Shown in pieces: positions 37,811 to 51,600 of a DNA stretch of 64,000 nt. Location of the stretch: assembly GCA_977030845.1 (NCBI GenBank), contig OZ365112.1, forward strand, positions 12,958,001 through 13,022,000. Reading direction: 5' to 3'. How positions within the stretch are numbered: the first letter of the stretch is position 1; the number at the start of each line of letters is the position of its first letter. A program made the translations under genes and the position numbers. This DNA is from Fimbriosthenelais zetlandica (Eukaryota). A model generated the notes under the pieces. The model was not told where the DNA came from, made no database searches, and saw only the letters and a list, made by a program, of their open reading frames with translations.

Positions 37811-37842
37811 ATGACGTCACATCCGGCGCGCTCAGCCAATCA
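37811..37842. promoter_or_regulatory. ETS/CRE-like composite plus CCAAT box
   Basis: ATGACGTCACATCCG (full CRE TGACGTCA; reverse strand CGGATGTGACGTCAT) followed 10 bp later by CCAATCA. Confidence 0.45.
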
Positions 37843-40800
37843 CCATCCATCTTATGCCGCTCTGTCATTTTCAATAGCAAAAATCTTTATTCCAATAGGC
37901 CTACTTGGAAGTTTTATTCAAAGTAAAACCAACTGCTTCTCTGAATGTATCTATAGGAAATATAGTAGCAGATTTCTGTATTATTCTGAAAATAGAATGC
38001 CACTGAATAGAGTTAAATGAGAGCTATGAAAAGGAGGTCTCCCACGGGGGCTGTATTCAATGTAAATCAGGAATGGCAGTTTCATGTCGAAGAGTCCTCA
38101 TGAAAATTGCATTGGCTGGCAGAGCAGTGGGGATTTACCCTCAACGTGTACTAATCCTCGATTGACACTCGCAATCCATCCAGACATTTTGTGAAAAGGG
38201 CCATGGGGAAAGGCAATCTATGAAAACAACATGCATTTGATACAGTGCATCCAGGCCTACTTAAACTTCACAATGTATTTCCCTCACATAAAACTTCGTA
38301 TTAATTGTTTTTCTTTCATAAAAGGACCAAATAGGACTCAATCAAATGTGAGGGAAGCTATATAGATGGGGCAATTTGATACTCAATTCATAAAAGAATG
38401 AACAAAATATTACATTCGCCTATGTAGAAAATCCGCATTCTTGATTCAATTTTGACATCAAATAATGTATACATGTTGTCATAAAAGGTTTCTTGATATT
38501 GGCTGACACGCGCCCACGCCATAAGTGATTGACACGGCCCCTCTTAAAGGTGGATTTAGCGGGGCATAAATTCACAAACTCTCACACGACGTCTATATAT
38601 ACAGCTATCAATAGCTCATGATTTGGGATAATTCAATGAATAAAGATTTACACCATGACAGTGTCACGAGATTCACGGACACTGACCTCTATAATATACG
38701 TCATCTTTATCTTACTTTATGAACAGTGAGTGGTCATAGGGCTGATATTATACCCTAGCCTACTATTTATGCATCTAAAAAGGATCCATGATTATGATTT
38801 ATTTTAGTCTTATCTTTAGTTTTATCAACAATTTTGCTTTGCCCGAAATACAACAGCAACGAAGATTTAACTCCAAAGATCCTGTCAAATCATGAATGAT
38901 GGTCAGTGTGCACGTGGTAAACTGATGATTTTCCCAATTGAGATAATTGCCAACCTTGCTTTTAATTGGGTTGGGGAGTTGGGGGCGTGTGACCTCCAAC
39001 GTTGGAAATCATGGACTGCATGCACTTGCTTTCAGAATTGGGAAGGGGACAAGGGAATAAGCATGAAAAAGGGGTGATTAATTCAGAGTTCAATGCAAAC
39101 TGGAGGCAGTGGAAGATGCTCTTCAAGAAATGATCCAGGTAGCCTAGTAGTTACTGCAAAATGTTGGATAGCTTCTATAGGCAATGTCAATAGGCCCTAT
39201 TTTACAATATGAATATTATTGCAACATCTTCATATATATCAAAATCACAAAATTTCCTTTCATTTAATCTGGCATGAAAATACAATAGCTGGGTCTATTA
39301 AAGCTGCTACACTGAATGCATGTCCTAAACCAGCTTGTATCTTTCATTGATCCTGCCCGGATTGGTACACACTCCTGACTGCTATTGATCACCTAAATCA
39401 GTGATAATGACTGGGCAGTGTCAGTTACATTACGTAAATCAAACTCCCCAAGCGTGTGAGTTTTCATAATGCTTTCCTAATCAGTTAATGTAGTTCTATT
39501 GAAAATGAATGGGGGAATTAACTAGGGATATCTCATATCATGACACTGCAGATCCTGAAAAGTGCATAAAGACATCTTAATACATGTGACACATGTTCTG
39601 CTTAGCACAATAACTATTGAAACTGAAACTGCTCCCAAGCAAGGATGGTAAACGGATTAATTCAATGAGATCATGACGGATGTATTTTCAACATTACCAT
39701 GTAAGGGTCACGTAATTCATTACCAACATTACCAAAGTTCTGAATAATTATTATGGAAAAGCTGCTTGCTTTTAACTAATTAATTAGTTCAGAGACCAAG
39801 ATCACATTTATTACCTGATTAATTCTACAAATTAATGAGGAATTCGTCATTTTGGGAAAGCTTTTTTGACAACATGGCAGGGCGAAAAATCCCCACATAT
39901 GTTTTATTAAATAATAAAACAAACAAGACTTCGTCAATTGCCTGTATGAAACGTTGTGTATTAAAGTATCTTTCAATAATTATTGTCATTTGATGGCCGA
40001 AAATCCCCATGAATTAAACTGTAGGAACTCTCAAATGGCCCATGCATGTTTAGCCTACATATTTTGAATCTCACTATCAGGAGCCAAATCCTATGATCTT
40101 CCTGGTTCCCGGCATTATCCTGCAAACATGACAAAGCCTACACCGGGACGATCGTCAGATTGACTTGACTTTCAATAGACAGGCACTGAAAGGGCAAAAT
40201 AATAAGAGGCAGAGTTGTATGGTAGGCTGAGCACTACTGATATAAATGCAAATCATCAGTATAGTGCACAGAGGTTTCATTAATGTGACAGTTTCCTGAC
40301 TTACTCAAATAATCATTGAATTCACTTGCGTTATGAGTAATTTAGTCCCATCACATTAGACGAAGCTATTGAAATGGGACTCTTCACAATCATTATCTGT
40401 ATCCTCGACTTATCAATCTCCATTCACATTCACTTTTTTCATCCTATCTCTGCCTCTGCCTGTGCTCACTCCAAAAGTCATCATGAATGTGTTTGATAAC
40501 TAATTGAGATTTACAGCTTTCATTACGGATATTAGGTCGCATGATTTTTAAGACAAGACCACACCAAACTGACCGACTGACTGAATGGCTGTGTGTCAGA
40601 CCTACAGGTGGTGAATCATTCTATATTCGTTAGTCTGACTAACAGACATTTAATTCACTGCTACCTGAAGCCCATAAATGGGTTATGTAACATCCACAAT
40701 CATTACATTCTACATAATATGTAGGCCTATACTGTACACTTCACGTAGTTACTGTAGATACTTGTACATAATGTAACTCACCAATTGGCATCACATTATA

Positions 40801-41242
40801 TGAAGAGAGTATTGATTCCCTTGACAGTTATACAACCTTTAGTTACCTCAGTGGTTTTACAGTGAATGCTTAATAGGTAATTAAGATTTAGCGCTTTTAT
40901 TATGGAAAGACCGCTCACTCGGACCAAAATCCCTTGTTAACATATCGAAGTTCCTGTTTTTACCTCTAGCATCAAACTGGCAGCCTTAGGATGGCTTAAT
41001 GGCTATTCTGGGGGCTGGATAGAAGTCATTAGGGCCTCCTATTACCAGTCTAAACTCTCTCCGCCCATTAATGGGAGGAAACTGGCAGTGTGGGTGAGTA
41101 GTAAGTCATTAGCTGGTGGTTGATTATTTAATGATCATGATCAACCACAGTGTGCGTCTATACTACACCAATCCATCTAACGTTAAAGATGGAAAGAAAG
41201 CATTTTTAATGCTTCGATTTGGAGCTAGCACAGGCAAGTGAA

Positions 41243-41280
41243 TAGGAAGTGAGTAATGGTTAACCATTACTCACTTCCTA
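41243..41280. repeat. Perfect 38-bp palindrome
   Basis: TAGGAAGTGAGTAATGGTT|AACCATTACTCACTTCCTA; the two halves are exact reverse complements. Confidence 0.95.
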
Positions 41281-44200
41281 CTCAAGCAATTGCTTAATGT
41301 ATTGTCGGAAATTTCTCAGCTACTATTCCATGTATGGACAGTTAGCTATTCTATTTCTAACTGGGAGGAAACACACATGTCGGCACACACTATTCTACCC
41401 TTTTCGACTTCTCTGTACATGATCATCAGCACAGGCTATGGCATATAATTCCCATCGTGTCTAATCTTTTCTATTATCTGGGCCCTTCTTAGAACATCTA
41501 TTCTTCTGACCGATATTTAATACACAGAAACCTGCATGACTGAAGTCATGATGTAACGAGAATTCTTTACTCTTCCTATCTATCAGTTTAAAAGGGATTC
41601 CTCTGTGAAAAGATTGGATGACCGAACTCTTAGCATATGTGAGATACATCGATACATCTTCAATACATAAGACATGCAATCAAGGCCCATTATTCTTACA
41701 GCCGAGCTTCCTCTACAGTGTTGATGACAAAATTGAACATTTTGTGTAAGTTTTGAGATGTTTGGTCGGACCAGCTGTATATAAGCATCAAATTTATTAT
41801 TTACAAATGATAGTATTTTTTATGGTGACTAATCATGAAAGTAATGTATATTAAAACATTAAGCTAGGTTTGACAATGTGGAATGTTATATCTTTCGTGA
41901 CCCTGTACATATCTAGATCTATAGGTTGTCTTCAATGGTATAGACATGCATTCATTATAGGTAAGAGGGATAGATCTATGGTGTCAGGCGACAAATCAGT
42001 GTATATGGAATATGGAAATGGACCTTACATAGTGATGCTCCTGCACCATAAAGATTCCATTAAGGTTTGGGCGGAGTAGAGAACCATGTAATAATTGGTT
42101 ATCGGGTGATTGAGTACTCGTAATTAATAGAAGGATGAATGGTGGTTGTCAAGGTAATGAGCAGCCTCCCCCTTACATATGTGCTGCGATATTGAGTGTT
42201 GGAGGAGTTACATGCAAGGAGGATCCTTTTTGTTGTGGGATATGTGTGAAGTCTACTATACAGAGATGGTCTGGACCTTGTGTTTCCTTCACATATACAT
42301 CATCTAGACACTAAATTAAAACTATATGTCACAATGCAGCCATGGATCGTGCAGCCAATTTCCATGTTTCCATCCAAACATCTGCACAATGGATCCGAGC
42401 AGTAAACTGTTAATACCCAACTACAGGGCCAATGGGAACACGGCCTCAGTATAGGCCTACATAAGAACATTAGTCTCCCTGAGATTGGGTTATTACCATG
42501 GATTCAATCATCCATTTCCCATCAGAGAAAAAATGGCACCGGCCTCATTTGGTAACGATGGATGAAGAGCATTATAGAAACAACGAAAGGCACAGGGTCT
42601 GCTGCTGCCGACATAAGGGTCGTGGCTTATCTTTTATTCCTTACACACTCTAAACCTACTACTGATAAGCTACCACCTCCCACTAAAATTGTGGCAGCAA
42701 TTAATCTCCAGAACCCAGGCACCAGGACCAGTTTGCCTGGTATAATAATTATAATAATGGGTGAGAGGGGCTGATCAGGGGACTGCAGAGCACTTATACA
42801 CCAGCAATGGAGGTGTGGGCAATGCATTAAAGCAACATGCCTTTCCCATCAAATCCTTGCAGTATCTCATCAGCAGGGACAGGGATTTCTGAATGTTAAA
42901 ATATACTTTTCTGCTAGATGGATATTATAAACTTCATTCAAATTAAGAGGATTGACAATATGAGCAGAGAAGTGATTAAGCAACAACCCTTAATTTCAAA
43001 CACTCATTCGAAAGTGTCGCATGAAATGGAAAATCCCCAGAACTGGGCATGTAACTGCTCCGAACAGATGCACATGGGTTTGCCTCGACAAAGAAAACAA
43101 TTCTAATAAATAAATGTACCCGTAACTAATTTTCATAGGTATAGGGAAAAAATAAAGGACAGTCCTATTACTGAATGATTATAAGTATCATCAACTTGAA
43201 GAAAAAGTACCTTTCTCGGATAGCGTATTAAAGCAATGGTATTAATTAAGAAAGTAGAATTAGTTTTGTGACAAAAATGTAATGCTCTAGGTTTGCGTGG
43301 GTCTTGCTAGTGAGGTGCTGGAGGCCACTATGGCTTCCCAGTCACGTCATTAGTGTCAGATGGAGGACAGGAGTATGTATCTCAATTAAACAGATCTCTC
43401 CTGTTTCTCAATGGATTTAATCCGGTAAAACACAGGGAACGCAATGAAGCAAATCTAAAGGCACTATGGGGAAGTCGTTAAATACAGAGAGAAAGCACTG
43501 ATGCATGAATTTATGTATCAATTTTACCAAGCTTCATACTTTGCATTGTGTAGAATAAATTTAGCTCTTCAAGGGGACTCCGACAGAAATATCCAGATAA
43601 AAGTAACATTAAGTGTTGAGTCAGTATAAAACAATGTGTGACTTCAGATCAATATCAGATAATAACAATGACTACATTATGCCTGAGAACATATAGCACC
43701 CATGAGACGAGGAGGGACTATAGCATACATGTATGCTACAACATACACATTTTAGTGTCGTCTCAATTATCTTTAACACCATCTGTAGTATGCCTTTGGA
43801 ATGCAAAATCCAAGAGAGAAGTGACTTTACTTTCCCGGCCGAGGAATAAACTGAAGAAGAATGCCACATTTAAGTTAAGAATTATGACAACACCAAAGGA
43901 GGAATGACCATGTAAAGCAAATTCACACCAGTATTTGTCGGAAATTCCAAAAACGTCAATCAAAGAATTTTGGACAAAAGCATAATATTGGATCTTGTAT
44001 ATATCCACTGGAGTCATTATTGGACTCCTACCAAGATTGTTTATAGGACAGTCACTGAATTGTGTATATCATAACAGGCATTAACATGGGAACTTTTAGA
44101 TGAGAAATGGCAACATATTCTATTGCCTGGCAGGACTGTGGTGTGTGATGATGGAATTTTATTACTTTGTGATATGAAAGTAATTTGATGTGAATCATGC

Positions 44201-47200
44201 ATTGAGTGTTTCTGACGTTAGAAAAGCATGATGGTTGATTACTAATTGGTCGAGTGAGTGATGGGGCCTTTGTTGAGGGACAGTCAGGTTATTCAGTGTG
44301 GCTATAGTCAGGTTGCTAGAAACATGATAGTTTGACAGCGTGAATTAAGGGGGGTGTCATGCTCACAATAGAGCTCAGTTTGCCGCAGCATTGCCAATGG
44401 TTGGCAGATTTTAAATTAACATGGCCTTTTGTGTGGCCCGCGTCTTATGAATCTCAAAGGTTTTTTATGGCATTGATCATGTCAAAAGGGCCCTATATTT
44501 TATAACAATGTTGGGGTAAAATCTTTTCTTTCATGGTTTTTACAAACCTGGATGGCTGTTACAAAAATGTATGATACTAGACACATTTTAGAACATGCAG
44601 ACTCGACCTTTCAAGGATATGATTAAATGTGAATTCATAGAATACAAGAAACTGAAGTGTACCATTAGTAGTTAGTTGAAAATTGAACTGACTAATGCAA
44701 GTATTGCGATAGCTGGAACTATATTTAGATACGCATCTATATTCCATTATAATAGGCATGTTACTATATGGCATTTGTTATTATGTTAATAGGAGGTATA
44801 TAGTCTTGAAATGGATCTCGAGCCGGTAGAACCGGCCTCCTAGCTATAATCTCCCAATAACAAATCCTAAGGACAAGTACACATGACCTTATATCACTCG
44901 ACCTGTCAAAGGACCTTTTCATGCCAAAAGACCTGATCTGTAAGGACCTTCACTTCAAGTTCTATCAGGGCAATGCCAATATAGATGACGTCCCAGAGTC
45001 AATACGTCCGATTGTATTTTGGTTCTCATAGAACTTCGTGGGCTATAGAGAACATCAATGGAGGGATGCTAAACTTAGAAAATAGTCTACCGTACACATA
45101 ATATTTGACTATACATACATGCATAGGTATCTATTTACAATAAAATGGCAATTTGTGAAGAAGAAGACCTATAAGTCGATATGAATGGGTGGGCCAATAT
45201 AGAATATTATGATCAGTTAATATCAAAGAAGTGTATGTGACGAGGAGGAATGGCAATAGTAAAGCAGTGCACTAACACCTACATTAACAACAGCCACGAC
45301 TTAGCATGGACTATTTGCACCAGGGGACATACTTCCTGTTTCCTCATTTGGCGGCTAACAGGCTGAGAAAGTGCTGTCTTCCTCCACCCTATTATGTCAA
45401 TTTCCGTCCAATTTGTGTTGCTCTCTCCCTCCCTCTCTCCCCTTCACTCTGACTGTTACCCTGTCTTCCTTTATATGTCTGTCTTTATATGTCTCTCTAC
45501 TTTTCTATCAAACTTACTGACCATGCAAGTATTGATTCAAACTTCTTTGCTTAATCCTTTCTTTCAATCATGTGTATTAGAAAATATACGTTTTAGTCCA
45601 TGCATTCTATATTTTGATCATAATATATAATGCTTAAGATAGCAAGTCATAAAACTAATCGATCAAGTCTTTTAAAATATACATTGTATCTACATTTTGG
45701 CCTGCAGATATATATATAAATATATATATAGTCAGTAGATATGTCGCGTGCAGTAAAGTATTGGCTTGTATACTTCCTTGTTCGGCTGGCAATTAATCTT
45801 GTAATGGTCTAACAAACAATATTATGATACTGACTGTAGATATTCACATGACCTGACCAAATAAACACACCGTTTAACAGCCAGCTTTGAATGACAACGT
45901 AATATATGTTTCTAACTTCCCACTTCCTGTTTACTCAACACACTTAACAATGATTAATCAACCTTCTATTTAAAAAGTTATCTGGAAAAAACCTTAATGT
46001 ATTTTATCGATTGTTTTGCCAGAGGGTTTCAGTGTGACCACAGTCTTAGACTCTCCATCTGGATGTTGATATGAGCCTTTTAGATTTATCCACATGGCCT
46101 GGCTCTGGACGGTTTGATAAGCTGAAGATAAGTGGGTGAAGGCGAATGACAAGCTCCAATATTAAGGCTATAATGAGCAATGACCACTGACCAAACACAA
46201 CCAACTTGACATCATCAGTCTATAGTGGGCCTTATCACGCAGCAAGTACAGGCTAGATAAAAATAGCAAATATCTTCAAGCTATATACACATCCATTTCC
46301 AATAGGTTAACATTGATTCGCCATTCGAGTGTCGGAGTCCCGCCCTAAAATATATCTGAAAAAATCTTCTATAGAAGAAAATTCTCATTTCATCATCTGA
46401 TCAGCAGATAGTACCTTATCATTTTAGTAAAAGGAACCCAAGCTTACACAGCGGCCACTTCCACTGCCACTCCTGCCACCCCCTCCTCGTACATAATTAA
46501 TGCGTCTGTATAAATCATACACTACATTAATCTGCATTATTTAGTCTTTTATCAGACATATTATTTGGTAAAAGCCATGTTATAACTTCCTGAAACATGT
46601 TATGCTCCTGACTTCCCTGTTCCCATGCAAATTATTATATACCCTGATTCTAAGCAATAATTCATGAAAGACATTAATTGTCTCTGGTCAGATTAGATCA
46701 TGGCGACTGCTTCCATCAGGCAATATAGTAATCTGGCAATATGTTAATTCTTATAATACTGCTCATAATGATTATGAGAATATTATATTTAAACAAATCT
46801 TTCATTAATTCCTAATGCAGGATATCAGGATTATTAAGCAGGACTGTATGATTCTGCCTCACACGTTCTCTCGGTTGCTATCCCTAGGGAGATCGTAAAT
46901 CTAACAGGGACTTCAACAGATCTGCGGTTAGAGATTGACAGACTACTTTTCACAGCAGCTGGGTGGCCTGCAGAGGCAGACTGTGATTAGGTCAGCATCG
47001 ACGACATTCAGAATGTCAGTTGGTCTCCATGCCACCAGCCTAACCACTTCCGCCTTTGTACAGGACCAGGATGATGACGTAGAAACATGGCACTGTGTAA
47101 TGATTTGTAGAATGCTAAAGAAAGTCTATAGCTGAGGCACTGCCTGAGAAGCAACCACAATACGACACATTGAAAACGAAGGTATAGGCCCTACCAAGGC

Positions 47201-49718
47201 GGTATTTCCTAAACAGAAACTAACTGATTTGACCTGTCATTATATCAGCTAGGATTGTTTATTGTTAACCATCTGATGGAAAAATCAGCACAGTGTGTGG
47301 AGCAATATTCCAGGGACCTGGGCCTATGGGATCTTGCTCTCGGACTTGCTCTACACTTTTCATTAGGCTGAAAGTGAAAGCCTACACACGGTATCAATTG
47401 CAAAGTTTTCCATCATACTCAAATCTTCAACGGTCAAGAGGCAAAATCCACAAGCTCTTATGAGCAGGTGGATAACATGAGAGCAGGCCACTCAGATGAA
47501 ACTGATAGATAAGAGATGGACTTGTGAAAGGCAGGACAAAATTCCAGTAAATTGGAAAAGTTTAAAGTAAAAGGTCAAGAGGGAAAGGCGAGCATCATTA
47601 TTAAATGTTAACCTCTGAACATTTCTGACTTTTCAGATGCACGTTGATATCTAATGATATCGAACGTTTACATTTAACTTAATAAAAGGGCCCCTTAGGA
47701 GAAAATATACATAGATCTTCCAAAAAGGAGCAATCATTAGGGCCATTGATAAAGGAAAGGATCAATCGTTCCCTTTGCTTGAAATGACCAATTACAAACA
47801 GTCAAATATCTATGGGACATTGCTGTGCTTATCATTAGATGCAGGACTGAGATTATAGGGTATTCCATCTACATTGATTCCGATACATCTTTCCATATGT
47901 GGTTTATGGCAATGGATGCGGGGGAATAGGTAGTCAACTGATGATTGATTACTCGATGCTGTCTTAGTGGGATTTGACGAGGCCACCCAACGAGGGGTGG
48001 ACACATCCATCCCTCAAATGACCAGTAGCCAGTGGTAAGTAAAATGAATCGGGGAGCATATTATAGCCCTGCTATGGTCTGGTCCTGGTGAACAATACCC
48101 ACTGTTATACCTCATCTATCAAAAGCCATAAGAGACTTTGACATACAGGTATACAATGTAAGCCATTGTCTAATATCAACTTTCTAGGATTTTCTACACT
48201 GTCATTACCGATATTGATAAATGACTTGAATGCCTCATGGTTTCATATATGGACTATACCTTGACATTGCTGCAAACTGTTGAGATTGCTGCAAACTGGA
48301 TATGAGCGAGACATAACTAGAGAAGCAGACATGTGAGAATATTTGTCTGATTTTACAGTGTATAGTGACTGGCGGGCGTGTTGATCATGGGCAGTAACAC
48401 AGATCCCCCTTCTCACATTCATCTCTCTTAACCTGTCCACACCAAGCAACTATACTGCATATGCACCTCGCAACTCGATCCCTCACTAGGGATGGCAGGA
48501 TTGAATGGATTTTCTCTGGATTTGCACTTCTACCCAATAGGTAAACGCCTGGAGAAGTCATTTGGTTGTGTATTTGCTATGTATAGCCTACCCCGCCCCC
48601 TCCTGTCCCCTGTCGGTCACCTCAATCCTCTGTCCTGGCTTTAAGTCATCATTATATTTTGTGTTCACTGCTCCACTGACAAATTGGATGGTGACAATGA
48701 CGTGCATAGACCGGAGGTGCTCAGATAGAGCTCACTATAAGAAAAAGAATGATTCAGTGTATGTAGCTACCTCATTGAAAAAAGAAATTAACGAACTAGA
48801 GATGAATGCATCATGAACGGTGCATTGAATATTCCTACCAAACAGCCCTATATTCCACTCAGACGATATCTTTTTTGTAATGCCATCGTTCCCAAGTCCT
48901 CGGTATTCACCCCCTATTCTACCGCTCTGCATTTAAGTGGGATATTTGCTTTGCTGTATAAACAACACCTGTATTGTTCACCATGATCCCTCTACCAGAC
49001 GAATAGACAGTAAAGTGATCAGCCCGGGGACACAACGTGCCTGCATGCACGGAATTTACATTCCCACAATTTTGGTTTCCCCACCTTTAAGGAAGCCACA
49101 AGTTACGAAAGGGAAGCCACAATGAATAATATAATACTATATCGGGTCTCCTCCAAACGTGGGGTATACGGTGTCAAATATTGGCTAGAATACCTGATAA
49201 GAAACACCTATGACTTCATGTCCTCCATTAAGGTCTTAAAATGAGCACACATTTTCAGCAGGATCAGTCCGTCTTTTGTACCTATCGGCCTCCTCCATCA
49301 ACCTCTTTGGTCTGATTTGTTTTGAGGTGAGTGCTGAGGGGCAGTCCTTGAATTACCCATACTAAATGCTTCCATTCAATCCCAGTTCCTGCTTAGAATT
49401 TAGACCATCCATAGGGTTCTCTCTGGGAAGTCCTGTTGGGGGCCATAGTGTCCTCCCAGGGACCATGATGTGGCCCTAATGGGTGTGCCAAACGGAGGGC
49501 TATTGAAGAGGTGCAGCCAGCCTTCAATGGTCAGCCCAAGGTGGGGCAAAATGAGGACATAGCGAAAAGGATTGGCTCCATTCTCACTGTGCATGTAACG
49601 GGAAGGGAAACGGAAGGCGATAACTTTTCAAGAGGGAGTTTCATATTCTAGCGACAGAAATAAAAGCGTAGGTCTAATTAAAAGAGAAAGACATATGCAA
49701 AACACATGCAGTCAACAG

Positions 49719-49721
<3 letters not shown>

Positions 49722-49781
<60 letters not shown>
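49722..49781. repeat. (TA)n microsatellite, about 30 units
   Basis: Uninterrupted TATATA run. Confidence 0.95.
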
Positions 49782-49783
<2 letters not shown>

Positions 49784-51407
49784 GTATGCACAATACTTGG
49801 TCAATTTAAACCACTTCAGTGCCTAAGTAACCTGAACCAAACGCCTTTCTGACATTACATTTCAAATACCAAGTACATCAATACAGGATGGGGCATTGTA
49901 TGCTCGGATTTCATGGCCAGAAAGAGAAGAGGAGAGTGACTTTTTATTTAAAGGTTACACAGTTTCAATCTTCTAATCTTGCAATCCGCGTTTTTCACAT
50001 GAATGTGAAGGGCAGGCTTTGGTCAAGTTTTACCAACAGTAAAAGATGAATTGCCATTTTAAGCTGCATCAATTGAGGGAAAAGGCCAGAGCTATATAAT
50101 CTGGTTATCAGGCGGGGAACAGAGGAAAATAGAGTAGGGTTTATTTCTTAATTATATATTTACTATGGGGAATGGTATGATTTGCAACAATCACTAAAAC
50201 GACTATAAGGCCATGTAGGTCTTGATTAAAAATCTCAGTGCTGACATGGATATATCTGAGGATATTTCCTCAACAATGGCGTGGATAATAGCCCTTTTCA
50301 TTATTAATGTGTAATACATCGTAATACCTGATTGACGCTTATCAGATACGGATGTGGGCGTACAGAAATTTAAAATAAAAAGTGAGAAACAATGGGGGGG
50401 GGGGGAGATGTAATTCAATCTTTTCATAACTTCGCTTCATAAAATCTTTTAATTGTGCGCCATTGGACATGCAATAATACAATGTCCATAATATTATAAG
50501 TAAAACAGCTAAAGTTTAGGGGGGGGGTCTAAGTTAAAATAATCACTAATTGGCATAGACATATATATGAAATTAATTTGTGAAAAAGGTTATATAAATG
50601 CAATATTTATATATAGGTATTCTTATCGATACCCCTTCACTTTAATACCTTCTTCCAATCTGCGCCTGTCACAGCGTTGCCTACATATATTCTAACCAAC
50701 TCATGGGTCTCCTCCATTTTGTTAGAACACATTCAATTAGGGAAGAACGTGTCATAGATATACGGCGCCTGGGAGATGAGACAGAGGTTAAGACAGAGTC
50801 AGAGAAGCCACTTTTTAAGCAGTAGGAAAAGAACGTTGGGAAAGGGGAAGAGATATATGAATGTGCATGCAGTATCATATTTGAACTGTAGCCTATGTGC
50901 ATGTACACATGTATAATTCAGTAAAAGGAGGGGATTTGTAATACTATACTTCCTTCCTTTTCCAAATATGTGTTGGTCTGCGACTACAGAGGATGCAAGT
51001 CAAACACGAAATCTTCAACCTGCAGCAAACCCAATTTGATTGCAAAACAGCATTGATTGCAGTCTTTGTATGGATTGGTAATTTGCACAAAGGATTTCAT
51101 ATGGAGATTTTACCAATCATTTTGTCTTGAAAGTCATGGAAAATTTCCCACGTATAACTTAGAGATCAAGTAGGCCTACAACAACTAGTAAAGTGTGTGG
51201 AAATGTCCAAAGTATTCTGTTGTATAATTAATCGTATAATACCTCCACATACGTCTGGACACCCAGCCTTTCACTCATCAAAATAAATCATTTATAATGA
51301 AGCTATTTTACGTGTTAGTAATTAGTAGACTAATGATTACCACTATATGTGAATCGATGACAGGAAGACGGCGTGACATTCATTAAGAAAACAGCTCAAC
51401 CACTTAC

Positions 51408-51600
51408 CGTCCAATTCTTCCCTTCTCCTCCTCCCTCCTCCCCACCTTCTCCTTCTCGAGCAGCTCTAATCGAAATGCTCCTTGAGAAATGATATCAGGG
51501 CCGATATCGCATCTATACTACATGGAAATCCACAGAGAGGAGGCTTGGGAGATGTGCGCCAATTGCAATGAATGGTTTTCTTTCTTAAAGGGCGCGGTGG
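51408..51600 (-). other. Candidate non-coding first exon / promoter of the RASD-like gene
   Basis: Strong minus-strand donor ACG|GTAAGT at 51408 at the edge of a CpG-richer block (about 51480-51720). Purine-rich leader. No plausible coding frame. The link to the acceptor at 33868 is inferred. Confidence 0.45.
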
